64,000 nucleotides of DNA from a virus, in IMG/VR virus record IMGVR_UViG_3300033143_005193, positions 46,777 to 110,776 of that record. One strand, given 5' to 3'. The position numbers were made by a program, and so were the translations under genes. Under the pieces are notes generated by a model. The model searched no databases. It had not been told where the DNA came from and saw only the letters and a list, made by a program, of their open reading frames with translations. Shown here piece by piece: positions 20,517 through 31,103 of this stretch; the stretch's first letter is position 1, and each line of letters opens with the position of its first letter.

Positions 20517-21428
20517 TTATCCGTTGACTTCTTTTAATCTCCTTTTACTAATTTTTATTGTAAATTCATCTTTTTTAAATATTCTGCTTTGTTCTCTATT
20601 AAATCTACTACATATATATCCATCATTCCAATAATTTATCATTTTACCAATATCAACACTTACTTTACCATGTTCTTTTATTATATCACTATATGATCTA
20701 CCAAGCATTCCACCACCAACAAAGAAAATATCATAATCATTAATCTTCTTTTTTAATTCTTCTTTTATCTTTTCATGAAAATTTATATGCCATTTTTCTT
20801 TCGGTACATCATTTACATATCCCTTTTTACCAGAAATATTTCTAACTTTATTTGCTCTTGGAATTGAAAAAACACCATAATCTATACCATATTTTTTAAA
20901 TTGATCAAAAGAATCATTTAAAGATGTAACAAAACAAACCTTTTTATTATTTTTTTTAAGATATTTAAACAATTTCATATCATTGAAAAGAAAGAACCCA
21001 ACATCAGTTTCACAATAATTAGTGTTCACTATACCAAGTTCATTATAATAATATTTCCATTTTTCTAGCAAACTTTTATTTTTACCGCCTTTTCTTTCCT
21101 TATATAAATCAAAAGATGATATGTAATTTGCCCTATTTGAAACATCTCTATACATATCCCAAACATAAGGAAATTTGTCAAAAGTTACACCTTGTTGGTA
21201 TCCTTTCCAAACACAATCAAGTTTTCCATCATATTCTTCAAAAAAATCAACATTTTGTTTTTTAAGTTCTATAAAACATTTTATAAATTTTAGATCACCA
21301 TCACCAAATCTTATCAGAGAAAATGGCTTTGATTTTTCTACATGATTTATTATATCTTGTTTTATCCATTCTGAAGTATGAATATTAGTATTTGGTATAT
21401 ATTTTGTAATTTTAGATTTCTTCATCAA
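20517..21428 (-). CDS. Putative GT-D fold glycosyltransferase (DUF1792-like)
   Basis: FSLIRFGDGD, C-terminal VDIG. Confidence 0.65.
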   Translation of the reverse strand: MMKKSKITKYIPNTNIHTSEWIKQDIINHVEKSKPFSLIRFGDGDLKFIKCFIELKKQNVDFFEEYDGKLDCVWKGYQQGVTFDKFPYVWDMYRDVSNRANYISSFDLYKERKGGKNKSLLEKWKYYYNELGIVNTNYCETDVGFFLFNDMKLFKYLKKNNKKVCFVTSLNDSFDQFKKYGIDYGVFSIPRANKVRNISGKKGYVNDVPKEKWHINFHEKIKEELKKKINDYDIFFVGGGMLGRSYSDIIKEHGKVSVDIGKMINYWNDGYICSRFNREQSRIFKKDEFTIKISKRRLKEVNG

Positions 21429-22158
21429 ATCTATATCCTTTTAATATGTCATATTTGTTAATTATTTTTTTATATACTTTATTTTTTTGATCATCTGTCC
21501 ATTTTAACCTAAATCTACTAAAATGTGGTTTATTTTTTATTACATTTGAACATGATTCTATATAATCATCGAAAACATCAACACCCAAAAACTCACACAT
21601 TTTTATTATATTTCTTTTTTTATTGTATATTAAATCTTCATGATATATTTCTAATATATTATTCTGTTCATTTTCTTCCTCATTTTTTATTTTTTGAACA
21701 ACGTCCATTATTGAACAGTACACTTCTATAAGATTATCTATGCTTTTACCTTTTCTTATTGATTCTGTTGTTATTTGATCAAATGGATTTCGAACAGAAT
21801 GAATATATTTTATTGGAAGATTTATATTTTTTTGAAAGATTTTTAATTTGTTGAAATTTCTACTTAAATTTAAAGATGTATTATTTCCGTGTTTATCACC
21901 TATAACTAATAAATCACCATCTTTCCATGTTTTTTCAATTTTATATTTATATTTTCCTCTTACTAACTTGTTTTTTTCTTTTTCACATTTTTTTAAAATA
22001 TTGTTTATAATCGTTTCTTTATTTTTATTATAACATCCATTTTTTTTAAAAATACCCAATTCATTTGAAATACGAATATTTGGATGGGCATTTAATATAA
22101 CTGATATTAAACTATGTCCGCTTCTTCCAGGGCCTATAAACAAACAAAAATAATTCAT
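21412..22158 (-). CDS. Sulfotransferase
   Basis: IGPGRSGHSL PAPS loop, LNAHP, VRNPFD, YHEDL. Confidence 0.8.
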   Translation of the reverse strand: MNYFCLFIGPGRSGHSLISVILNAHPNIRISNELGIFKKNGCYNKNKETIINNILKKCEKEKNKLVRGKYKYKIEKTWKDGDLLVIGDKHGNNTSLNLSRNFNKLKIFQKNINLPIKYIHSVRNPFDQITTESIRKGKSIDNLIEVYCSIMDVVQKIKNEEENEQNNILEIYHEDLIYNKKRNIIKMCEFLGVDVFDDYIESCSNVIKNKPHFSRFRLKWTDDQKNKVYKKIINKYDILKGYRFDEEI

Positions 22159-22955
22159 ATTACACCATTCTTTTTTAAATAATCATAAGATTTTTTTAAA
22201 TTTATTGATTTCAATCCTTTATTTGCATTTAACCATTCTCTGTTATTACTTCTCATCTGACCCCATTTAAAATTCGGATATTTTTTATTTATATCAACAT
22301 ATGCTTGATAACAAGCTTTTTGACCATGAGCTTTGCCTCTTTTTTGTAGAGGAATTTTATCTATATAATATATCCATCTATCCATAAAATCTTTTACTTT
22401 ATCATTTACAGTAAAACCCATTACACACATTAAAACAGCTCTGTTTTCCCTATATACAAATCCCTTTCTATTTATTTGTTTATCTATTCTAAATATGGTA
22501 GAAAAATCATTTTCTTTAGTTATTTTTAAAATTCGTTCAAAAGAACCAGTAACACAAGTATCTATATCTGCATGGAATAAATTATCACCTTCATCCATTT
22601 CTTTTATTAAACTATATATTGATTTTATTCTATCATCATCAGCTATATAATTCTTCCATATTTTTATTCCTGTGTTAGTCTTTTTGTTCTCTGTTATGTT
22701 TTTAAACATCATTAATTTTTCTTTACTTATACCCATTTTTCTTGATAAATCATTATAATCTATTTTACTATTTCTAATTTCTATATTTTTTCTTAATGAT
22801 GTTAATTCTTTTATTTGATCACTTTTCAGATCTTTTGTAAAGATTACCATTTCATCATCTTCACCATTAAAGTGTGTATATGATTTTATAAAAATTTTAC
22901 CCCATTCAAAATAACCATCTGTTAAATAACTGTTTATAATCACACCATACCCCAC
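22155..22955 (-). CDS. Putative GT-A nucleotide-sugar transferase
   Basis: HADID (DxD); cluster context. Confidence 0.55.
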   Translation of the reverse strand: MGYGVIINSYLTDGYFEWGKIFIKSYTHFNGEDDEMVIFTKDLKSDQIKELTSLRKNIEIRNSKIDYNDLSRKMGISKEKLMMFKNITENKKTNTGIKIWKNYIADDDRIKSIYSLIKEMDEGDNLFHADIDTCVTGSFERILKITKENDFSTIFRIDKQINRKGFVYRENRAVLMCVMGFTVNDKVKDFMDRWIYYIDKIPLQKRGKAHGQKACYQAYVDINKKYPNFKWGQMRSNNREWLNANKGLKSINLKKSYDYLKKNGVI

Positions 22956-23710
22956 TCATCAAGATATTTTCCAAGGTCTACTTTTTTTAACAAAGATATC
23001 ATTTTTCTTTTTTCTCTATCGTTAAAATATGATAATACATCTTCTTTATTTCTTTTTGTTATATTTGAATACATGTCAAAATATTCTACACCAATAAAAT
23101 TACATAACTTTTCACACGTTTCTTTATTTAAATATGTTATTTGATTTGATTTTATATTGAAAGCACCGACTTTTTTAATCTCACCAATTTCTCCTTCTTT
23201 TCTTCCTATCATATCCTCATAATATATTTTTATCTGGTTTTCATGTTTTTCCCATTTCTTTTTATATATTCTTGATTTTTCCATAGAATGTAGTATTTCG
23301 TTTACTAATTTTTTTACATCAATATTTGTTATAGGATCTATTTGTCCTTTATTATTATTTCTTGATAATCTAGAAACAGCTTTTTTGAAATGATTTTTTC
23401 TGAATAGATGTATTATCTGTAGATTATTTTTCCTAATATAAGGTTCTAATTTCCAATAATCACACTGATCATATATTAGTTTCAAATAAACATTTTCATC
23501 TTGTTCACCTAAATAATTAAGAAATTTTTTTTTATTATATGATTTATTATCTTTCATCCATCTATACATATATTGACCATTTCTTTTTTTAATTTTTCCC
23601 CTTATCATAAAAAGTTCATCATAACAAGTAATTTCTGGATGTGAATCTAAACAATTTTGTAATAAAGTAGATCCTGTTCTTTTATCACATAAAATAAAAC
23701 CTTTAAACAT
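22940..23710 (-). CDS. Sulfotransferase (Stf0-like)
   Basis: KRTGSTLL, LDSHP, IHLFRKN..AVS, YYEDM. Confidence 0.8.
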   Translation of the reverse strand: MFKGFILCDKRTGSTLLQNCLDSHPEITCYDELFMIRGKIKKRNGQYMYRWMKDNKSYNKKKFLNYLGEQDENVYLKLIYDQCDYWKLEPYIRKNNLQIIHLFRKNHFKKAVSRLSRNNNKGQIDPITNIDVKKLVNEILHSMEKSRIYKKKWEKHENQIKIYYEDMIGRKEGEIGEIKKVGAFNIKSNQITYLNKETCEKLCNFIGVEYFDMYSNITKRNKEDVLSYFNDREKRKMISLLKKVDLGKYLDEWGMV

Positions 23711-23724
23711 ATAAAAAATCTCCT

Positions 23725-24678
23725 TTAAATTTCGTCAATTAAAGCTTTAACAGAATTTTGTTTTTCCATGATAACATTTAGTGTATTAAACATTCTTACT
23801 TTACTTGAATGATATTTCTGTATAAAATTAAAAGCTTTTTCTCTTATTTTAGATGTATCCTTATTCTCCCAAATTTTCCATAATTCTTTCACAATCTCTG
23901 GATTATCATAACTATGAAATAATACATGAATATCATCAGGCAAAATTTTTTCTTGCCACTTAAATTTTCTACTTATCATAAAGGCACCACAACCTAAATA
24001 TTGAAATGGTCTTACGTCAATAAAACCACCAATATCGTAACCAGTACATAATCCTAATATACATTTAGAAGAAATAGAAACTTCTGGTGTATATTTTCTT
24101 AGATCATTTTTAGATTTAGTTTTTACAATGATTATTTTCATTATTTTACGTAATTCTTTTATAAATTCAGATCTATCTTTATGTGATGATTGTGATCCTG
24201 TAAATAATGGATGTTGAAAACTAAATTTAGGATTTTTTTGTGGTATTTTATTTAATGTTAATGAAGAATATGGCCAAAAAAAGACTGGAATATTCCAATA
24301 TGATTTAAATTTATCCAGATTTTCTAGTTGTGAAACGAAAGCAAAATCAAAAACTTCTCTTAAATCACCATCATATCTAGGTTCATCTCTTGCATCAGAA
24401 AGAGTATGAATCATTTTAATTCCTTTGGATTTAAAATCTCTAAATAATTGAAAAACATCTGGTAATTTTTTATGATGATGGAATGTTAAATGTGTGAATA
24501 TAATATTAGGCTTAAAATCGTAAACAATTTCTTTTATAGTATCTAAACTATTTTTTTTCCAATCAACACCAATAACATTATGTCCGTTTAAAGTAAAACC
24601 CTCATATGTTGTTTTAACAAACCAACTATAAGCATTATTTATATTATTACCAGTATTACCTAATATTATAATTTTCAT
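23725..24678 (-). CDS. Glycosyltransferase (CgeB-like)
   Basis: FTGS, RPFQYLGCG, C-terminal HS..R. Confidence 0.7.
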   Translation of the reverse strand: MKIIILGNTGNNINNAYSWFVKTTYEGFTLNGHNVIGVDWKKNSLDTIKEIVYDFKPNIIFTHLTFHHHKKLPDVFQLFRDFKSKGIKMIHTLSDARDEPRYDGDLREVFDFAFVSQLENLDKFKSYWNIPVFFWPYSSLTLNKIPQKNPKFSFQHPLFTGSQSSHKDRSEFIKELRKIMKIIIVKTKSKNDLRKYTPEVSISSKCILGLCTGYDIGGFIDVRPFQYLGCGAFMISRKFKWQEKILPDDIHVLFHSYDNPEIVKELWKIWENKDTSKIREKAFNFIQKYHSSKVRMFNTLNVIMEKQNSVKALIDEI

Positions 24679-25954
24679 TTTTTTCTAAAATACTCCTAAA
24701 CATTTTTCTATAATTTTCAGATTGAATTTTCCACGTCCATCCATCTTCTACTGTTTTTCTAGCATTTATACCCATTTCTATTAGCTTATCTCTATTGTTT
24801 TTAAACCAGTTTATTTTTTCAACATAAGCATTAATATTTCTATCTACCAAAAAACCATTATATCCATCTTTTATAAATTCAGGCATATTACCTATTTTAT
24901 TTGATATTATTGGTCTTCCACAAGCAGCAGCTTCCAATGCTGGATTAGGTGTTCCATCTTCATCACTTGAAACAATAAAAACATCCATATCTTGATACAA
25001 ATCAGGCATTTTATCATGTGGTAATCTGTTAGTATAATCATTCAAATGTAAACGACTATCAGCATCTGCTCTTTCTATTGCTGGTATAATAAAATCTTTT
25101 TGACCTTTTCTTGGTGATAATTTACCAACATGACCAACAACTATTTTATTTCTTTCTCTTGGAATATATTTTTTTATATTGAAAAGTTCCTCATCAACAC
25201 CATTTGGAACATAATATAAATTATCAGAAAACCCCATATTTACCAGTTCATTATACAGTAAAACAGAATTAGCATGTATATGACCAGCTAATCTCATTCT
25301 TTTTCTTATCATTTCTGGGTTTCTGTGAGCAGTAACACCTGTTACTCTTTTCTTTTTTTCAACATTGTTTATTTTTGTTATATATGAATATCCAAAAGTA
25401 AAATAAATATCATAAAATCTATTATTTATACCAGCAGTTTTTCCATCTTCAAGATAATTATAAATATCAAAATCAAATTCATCAGAAAGATATCTTATTA
25501 AATATCGTGATTTTATCCACCAAGCCCATCCTTCAACATCAGTAATAAGAAGAATTTTTGGTTTACCTGATTTTTCTTTAATAGATTTTGTTGGTATTCT
25601 ATTTTTATATCTTTTTGTACTAATGTTTTTTGTTATATTTTTCTTTTTTCTTTCTTTTTCTCTGTTTATGTATTCTCTTATTAAAATCTTTTTTCTGGAT
25701 GTTTTATTATCTCTTACAATTACACCAGCTGACATATCTTCCTCACTTATATTGATTAAAGAATTTAAATAATCAGTTATTTTTCTTAAATCTTTTATTT
25801 TTTGTTTTGCGAAAGAAATTCTTCTAAGATCTTTTTTGTTTTTTGATTCTTTCTTTTCTAAAGTTGATAAATATTCTTCTATTTTTTTTATTTCATCTTC
25901 TTTTTCTTTAATAATTTCTCTAAATTTTTTTTCTGTATATTCAAGATTTTCCAT
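24656..25954 (-). CDS. GT4-like glycosyltransferase with N-terminal coiled coil
   Basis: PNGVD, VG..RKG, DGTPNPALEAAACGRP, DGYNGFL. Confidence 0.85.
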   Translation of the reverse strand: MENLEYTEKKFREIIKEKEDEIKKIEEYLSTLEKKESKNKKDLRRISFAKQKIKDLRKITDYLNSLINISEEDMSAGVIVRDNKTSRKKILIREYINREKERKKKNITKNISTKRYKNRIPTKSIKEKSGKPKILLITDVEGWAWWIKSRYLIRYLSDEFDFDIYNYLEDGKTAGINNRFYDIYFTFGYSYITKINNVEKKKRVTGVTAHRNPEMIRKRMRLAGHIHANSVLLYNELVNMGFSDNLYYVPNGVDEELFNIKKYIPRERNKIVVGHVGKLSPRKGQKDFIIPAIERADADSRLHLNDYTNRLPHDKMPDLYQDMDVFIVSSDEDGTPNPALEAAACGRPIISNKIGNMPEFIKDGYNGFLVDRNINAYVEKINWFKNNRDKLIEMGINARKTVEDGWTWKIQSENYRKMFRSILEKNENYNIR

Positions 25955-25975
25955 AAAACAATAATTTCCATAGGA

Positions 25976-28618
25976 TTATTTTTTCCATGTTATTATAGGA
26001 ATCACAACATTATTTAATTTCTTTAAATCAATATTCTTTAGATTTTTTAATTTATCAATAACATAGCACCCTTCATCTTCTATTGTTCTTGTTGGCTTAA
26101 ATCCAAGATTTTTTAGTTTATCAACAACTGGATTGTAATAAAAATTATCGGTAGATTCGCTTCTTGGTGATTCTATATGAATTTTTTCGGCTTTTATACC
26201 AAATTTATTAGCTATATAAATTACTTTATCAGCTAATTCATTCATAGATAATGGTTCATCTAATTGATTCCATGTTCTATATTCACCATTATTTGGATAA
26301 TTTTCTATGGCCAGCATTAGACATTGAACAGAGTCATTTAATGATAAAAATCCTCTACTATGCTCACCTTTTCCAAAAATAGTTAAAGGATGACCTATAA
26401 CAGCTTGAACAATAAATCTATTGAAAACAGTACCAAAACATTCATCAGAATCAAATCTTGTATTCAATCCAGTTTCTTCTATTTCTGGTGTCCATGCACC
26501 ATAAACTACACCCTGCATTATATCAGTAGCTCTTATATCATAAAATCTACAAGCACAATCAATATAATAAGTAGAAGCAACTTTACTGTTACCACACCAT
26601 ACAGATTTACCATTTCTTCTAACATAAATTATATTATTCGGAACTTCTACACAATAAATTTTTCCATTATATTTAATTTTATTCCAAGAATTATCTTCTT
26701 TATTATTAATTTGTGTTGTTTTATTATCAGAAATATAAACACAATATTCATTTTCTTGTTCATCAATTTTATGAAGATAAGCGGAATATCCAAGTTTTAA
26801 ACAAATTTCATGAAAATCATTAGCAAGTTGAATAGATTTTGTATAATAAGCTCCTCTTAATTTTTTTGATTTATCATCTATCCAACCATCACCTTTCATC
26901 ATTGTATTAAATAAGATTTTTAATAATGGTTTTGAAAGATTTTTTATCCATTTAGGAATATATTTTTCATCACTTAATTTGAATTTTTTTAAATATTCTG
27001 ATAATTGTTTGTATCTTATAGAGAATATATTTACTCCATTAAAATCTTTATTTATTTGAATTTTTCTATTAAAAATTGATAATGAATTTTTAATTTCTTC
27101 GAAATATTGTTCTTTTTTTTGTGATATATTTATTGAATTTTTATATAAATTTCCTTCGGTTATATACCATCCAAAAAATAATAACCAATCTTCCATTGGA
27201 ATATATTTTTCTTTTTCTAATTTAAATACATCTTTTGTTAAAGTTACCATACATTCTGGTAAAACAAAATATTCAAAATCATCCCCATTCCAATTATCAA
27301 CATTTGTTTTAAGACAGATATCTTTTCCATATACATCCTTCGCTTCTGTAAGTCGCCAATTTTTTAAATCACTTCTATGAGAAGAATGTTCTAATAATTT
27401 ATGATTATCTGTTACAAGTAAATCAATATTTTTATTTTTTAATGAAATAAGATCACCATCAAAATCATATTCAAAATGATTAATTGGTAATTGATACTCT
27501 AATTCATTTTTTTCTTTATTTAAAGTAGCTACCTTTTCTTTTTTGTTCAAATTTTTAAACAACTTCCATCCATTTTCCGTAAGAATCTCTGTATCATCTG
27601 AATAACATGCATGGTAATACGAACCAGGTTTTCTTGGATAAATTGCGTTTTTTATTAATTTACCATCATATTCAAAATCAAAAACACCTTCTGGTATTCT
27701 TATTCCAACACTAGGATCATATTCACCCATACTATTACCAGACCAATAATTTTTTCCATTTCTTCTAACCATTATTATACCAGTAGGAACAGTACAACAA
27801 TACACATAATCATTATATTCTATTTTTGATATATGATCTTTTTTTACAAAAGCATCATTGTTTTTTGTCATATCATCAGTATTTTTTGGAATATAAAATG
27901 ATTGTTTATGAATCATTTTATCAGCTCTTTCTATTTTTATATCACCGTCTTCATCTTTATATACAACTCTATGATTAGGTGTCAAAAGACAATCAACTTT
28001 TTTATTTTTTATTGATATCATTTCACCATTATATTTGTATTTTTGTATTTCAGATGGATTATGATATTCTATTTTCATTTTATTTTTATCTAAACACATT
28101 ACTTTATCATTTTTAGATAATTCTTCAAAACGTTTCCATCCATCTTCTGTTAAAATTTCTGTTTCTTTATCGTAACATCCAATTGTTACTAAACTAGTAT
28201 CTGGTGAATATTCTTTTATGGCATGAAGAATGTTAAGTGTACCTAGAATGTTATTATAAGTAGTTTCATATGCTAATTCTCTATTTTTATGTGAAAATGG
28301 AGCAGCTGGTTGTTGGGCTAGATTAACAACAACATCTGGTTTATATTCTTCAAAAATTCTTTGTAATTGATAATAATCATCAATACCATCAATTCCCATT
28401 TTATAGAATATGAAATCACCATATTCTTTCATTATTTTTAATCGTTTGTTTGGTTCTTCTATTGGTAAAGCAGAAAAAGATTCCATGTAATGTTCTACAT
28501 AGAATCTTCTTCTAAAATCATCTATACAAATAACTTTATATCCTTTTTTTAATAATCTTAAAGTTAATGCATGTCCTATATAACCATCACTACCACAAAC
28601 CAAAACAGTTTTACTCAT
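25976..28618 (-). CDS. sqdB: UDP-sulfoquinovose synthase (SqdB/Agl3-like) with two inteins; ~392 aa after splicing
   Basis: GSDGYIG, AQQPAAPFS, G|SMGEY, PGSYYHA|SK, ATDIMQGVVYG, RFD-DE-FGTV-NRF--QA. Confidence 0.85.
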   Translation of the reverse strand: MSKTVLVCGSDGYIGHALTLRLLKKGYKVICIDDFRRRFYVEHYMESFSALPIEEPNKRLKIMKEYGDFIFYKMGIDGIDDYYQLQRIFEEYKPDVVVNLAQQPAAPFSHKNRELAYETTYNNILGTLNILHAIKEYSPDTSLVTIGCYDKETEILTEDGWKRFEELSKNDKVMCLDKNKMKIEYHNPSEIQKYKYNGEMISIKNKKVDCLLTPNHRVVYKDEDGDIKIERADKMIHKQSFYIPKNTDDMTKNNDAFVKKDHISKIEYNDYVYCCTVPTGIIMVRRNGKNYWSGNSMGEYDPSVGIRIPEGVFDFEYDGKLIKNAIYPRKPGSYYHACYSDDTEILTENGWKLFKNLNKKEKVATLNKEKNELEYQLPINHFEYDFDGDLISLKNKNIDLLVTDNHKLLEHSSHRSDLKNWRLTEAKDVYGKDICLKTNVDNWNGDDFEYFVLPECMVTLTKDVFKLEKEKYIPMEDWLLFFGWYITEGNLYKNSINISQKKEQYFEEIKNSLSIFNRKIQINKDFNGVNIFSIRYKQLSEYLKKFKLSDEKYIPKWIKNLSKPLLKILFNTMMKGDGWIDDKSKKLRGAYYTKSIQLANDFHEICLKLGYSAYLHKIDEQENEYCVYISDNKTTQINNKEDNSWNKIKYNGKIYCVEVPNNIIYVRRNGKSVWCGNSKVASTYYIDCACRFYDIRATDIMQGVVYGAWTPEIEETGLNTRFDSDECFGTVFNRFIVQAVIGHPLTIFGKGEHSRGFLSLNDSVQCLMLAIENYPNNGEYRTWNQLDEPLSMNELADKVIYIANKFGIKAEKIHIESPRSESTDNFYYNPVVDKLKNLGFKPTRTIEDEGCYVIDKLKNLKNIDLKKLNNVVIPIITWKK
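26588..27607 (-). mobile_element. Intein with LAGLIDADG endonuclease in SqdB (340 aa)
   Basis: CYSDDTEILT...GWYITEG...MMKGDG...VRRNGKSVWCGN|S. Confidence 0.9.
27734..28177 (-). mobile_element. Mini-intein in SqdB (148 aa)
   Basis: CYDKETEILT...TPNH...VRRNGKNYWSGN|S. Confidence 0.9.
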
Positions 28619-28622
28619 AATA

Positions 28623-29435
28623 TTATTTCCCCTTTATCACAAGCATTTCCACGGCATCTGTTTGTTTTTTTCCTTTTGTTGCCATTGATGCTTTTTTATA
28701 TTCTCTAAATTCTCTTTTATACTTAATTATTGGATAAAAATCATAAGATTCTTTAAAATCATAATAACTTAAAATCCAATTACTTTTACAGGTATTTAGT
28801 ATATTAGCTAATTTTTTATGATGATCTATGTTAAAATTATGAAAAGCATAAAGTTTTTCTGTTCCATAATAAGGAGGGTCCAAATACATCCAAGTATTTT
28901 CACCATCTATAATTGGAATAAATTCTTCATATGATAAATTAAATACTTTTATTTTTTCTAATTTTGATTGTATTCTTGGATTGTTTAACTTTCTTTTGAA
29001 CGCATCATATTTTGTGGTTTTATATTTGGCGGGATCTAAAAATATCATTTTAACTCTTTCTGACATAATACCAGAAAAAGTCTGTGTTACTAAATACATA
29101 TATTTAGCGGCTATATTGAAATCAGGAAAATCTATTTTTTTGTTAAATTTAACTAATTCTATTATTTCTTTTTTATATTCATTAAAAATATAATCTTTTT
29201 GTGGTTCTACTCTATTAAGATATTTTAAAAATTCGTCATAATATCTACAACACGAAAAAACATTAGCCATGAATGGATTAAAATCATTATAATAAACTTC
29301 AATGGGGTCTATATTACTATTAATATAAACCCACATTGCACCACCAAAAACTTCTGCATATTTTTCTATTTTTTTAGGAAAAAAACTTGATATCCATTTT
29401 GATTGTCTATATTTACCACCAACATATGGAAACAT
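28623..29435 (-). CDS. DNA adenine methyltransferase (Dam/D12 class)
   Basis: YVGGK, EVFGG, YNDFN, LDPPY. Confidence 0.9.
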   Translation of the reverse strand: MFPYVGGKYRQSKWISSFFPKKIEKYAEVFGGAMWVYINSNIDPIEVYYNDFNPFMANVFSCCRYYDEFLKYLNRVEPQKDYIFNEYKKEIIELVKFNKKIDFPDFNIAAKYMYLVTQTFSGIMSERVKMIFLDPAKYKTTKYDAFKRKLNNPRIQSKLEKIKVFNLSYEEFIPIIDGENTWMYLDPPYYGTEKLYAFHNFNIDHHKKLANILNTCKSNWILSYYDFKESYDFYPIIKYKREFREYKKASMATKGKKQTDAVEMLVIKGK

Positions 29436-29457
29436 ATTCCATTATCCTTTCTACATT

Positions 29458-30573
29458 TTAATATATTTTAATAAAATTTGATGAATAATCACTTATTGAG
29501 GATGCACCGTAAAACATATCACTCACAATCTCGTTTGCTTTTCCTTTATTCTTTACTAAAAATTCACCGAATTGAAGAGCATGTATAGCTGATTGCCAGA
29601 AACCATTACGGCCTCTTTTTTCTAATGGATTCTTTCCATTTATAAGTTCATTAAAATCTTTATCTATTTTTTCTTGTGAGAAATTATAACCAATATCAGA
29701 CCATAATTTCACAACAATATCTCTAAGTTCATCATCTGTCATTTTCTTTATTTTTGAAAGTTGTAATTGTGGTATGTTATATTTTTTAATTATGTTTGTT
29801 ACAGCAAATTTTCCATGTCTGGCTGTTTTACCTAATAATTCACCACGAATATCAGCATTTTTAATTATTTCAAAACTTCTTATATTAATAATCCATTTAT
29901 TCGATAAATTTATTGCTATACCTGTTGAAAAAATAGTTTTTGTTGGTTTCCTAATACCACTAAAATTAACTTGTTTTATTTCCATTTTATCTTTGCCAAC
30001 AACAACAACTTTAGCATTGTTACCAACTTTTTTTAATGATATACCAATTAAATTACATTTTTCTAATTGATCTGCTATATAAGCATTATATTCAATTAAT
30101 GATCCAAATGAACCAAAATTAGGTTTAAAGCTAGAAGAAACGGCCCATATATCACCAGGATTCCATTTATCGTTTTGAAGTTTTATACCTTCCAAAATTT
30201 TCATTTTATTAAATTCTCTATAAACAAGATTCATTAAACCAGTTCCTCTATAAAAATCATAGGGAGCTTTCTTGCTATAAGGTGATTTGAAAAAAGCATT
30301 AGTTGATGTTACAACGCTTTTTACCCAATCCGGTCTCCTTTCAGCAAAATCGAAAATTTCATCACCTGAAGAATCAAGATTACAGTGTAAACTATAGCTT
30401 TGGAAAAATTTATTTCTATCTAAAACATCAGATTCTGTGATATTACTTTTTTTATCTTGTCTTATACCAAAAGAAACACAATGAAGACATTCTTGTAATC
30501 GTGTTTCTTTTGAAGCTTTACCAGCAGCTTTATTTATTTTATTAACTTCAGTAATAAATTCTTTAAATTTCAT
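29458..30573 (-). CDS. Putative PD-(D/E)xK nuclease with T4-like capsid-targeting N-terminus
   Basis: MKFKEFITE; DKWNPGDIW...IGISLKK. Confidence 0.5.
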   Translation of the reverse strand: MKFKEFITEVNKINKAAGKASKETRLQECLHCVSFGIRQDKKSNITESDVLDRNKFFQSYSLHCNLDSSGDEIFDFAERRPDWVKSVVTSTNAFFKSPYSKKAPYDFYRGTGLMNLVYREFNKMKILEGIKLQNDKWNPGDIWAVSSSFKPNFGSFGSLIEYNAYIADQLEKCNLIGISLKKVGNNAKVVVVGKDKMEIKQVNFSGIRKPTKTIFSTGIAINLSNKWIINIRSFEIIKNADIRGELLGKTARHGKFAVTNIIKKYNIPQLQLSKIKKMTDDELRDIVVKLWSDIGYNFSQEKIDKDFNELINGKNPLEKRGRNGFWQSAIHALQFGEFLVKNKGKANEIVSDMFYGASSISDYSSNFIKIY

Positions 30574-30806
30574 TGTTTTCCCCCATCTTGTGATATTTTT
30601 CTTTGTATAGCTTTATCTATTTCACCAGACAATTTATTTAAACAACTTTTACAAAGCAAAACGTTTTCATTTTCATTTATACATATGTTTATGTAACAAG
30701 AATTTTGTTTTTCACAAAACGAACATACATCATCGCTTCGATAAAAACCATTTTCATTTCGCCAATTTTCTTTTAATAGGAATAACATTTTATAATTTCC
30801 TTTCAT
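30570..30806 (-). CDS. Small zinc-finger protein
   Basis: CSFC...CKSC. Confidence 0.55.
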   Translation of the reverse strand: MKGNYKMLFLLKENWRNENGFYRSDDVCSFCEKQNSCYINICINENENVLLCKSCLNKLSGEIDKAIQRKISQDGGKQ

Positions 30807-31103
30807 TTATAAAATTTTGGTTCTTTTTTCACCATCTAATTCTGGAATTCGAACATCTTTACCTTCAGCTTTTTGTTTTTTATATTCATCATAATAGTGA
30901 TTTGTGTTACCATCCCAATCACACATATCACCACGTTTATTATTAAATACCAATTTAAACGTTGGTGATTTTTGAGGAAAAATTCTAATCATTTCAGTGT
31001 TACATTTCGAACAAATGAGTATTTCTTGTGGGTTAGTTTTATGAAATACTATTAGTTCTTGGTGATATCCACATTTAGGACACTCATAATCAAATACAGG
31101 CAT
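30807..31103 (-). CDS. FmdB-like zinc ribbon protein
   Basis: MPVFDYECPKCG...CSKC. Confidence 0.75.
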   Translation of the reverse strand: MPVFDYECPKCGYHQELIVFHKTNPQEILICSKCNTEMIRIFPQKSPTFKLVFNNKRGDMCDWDGNTNHYYDEYKKQKAEGKDVRIPELDGEKRTKIL

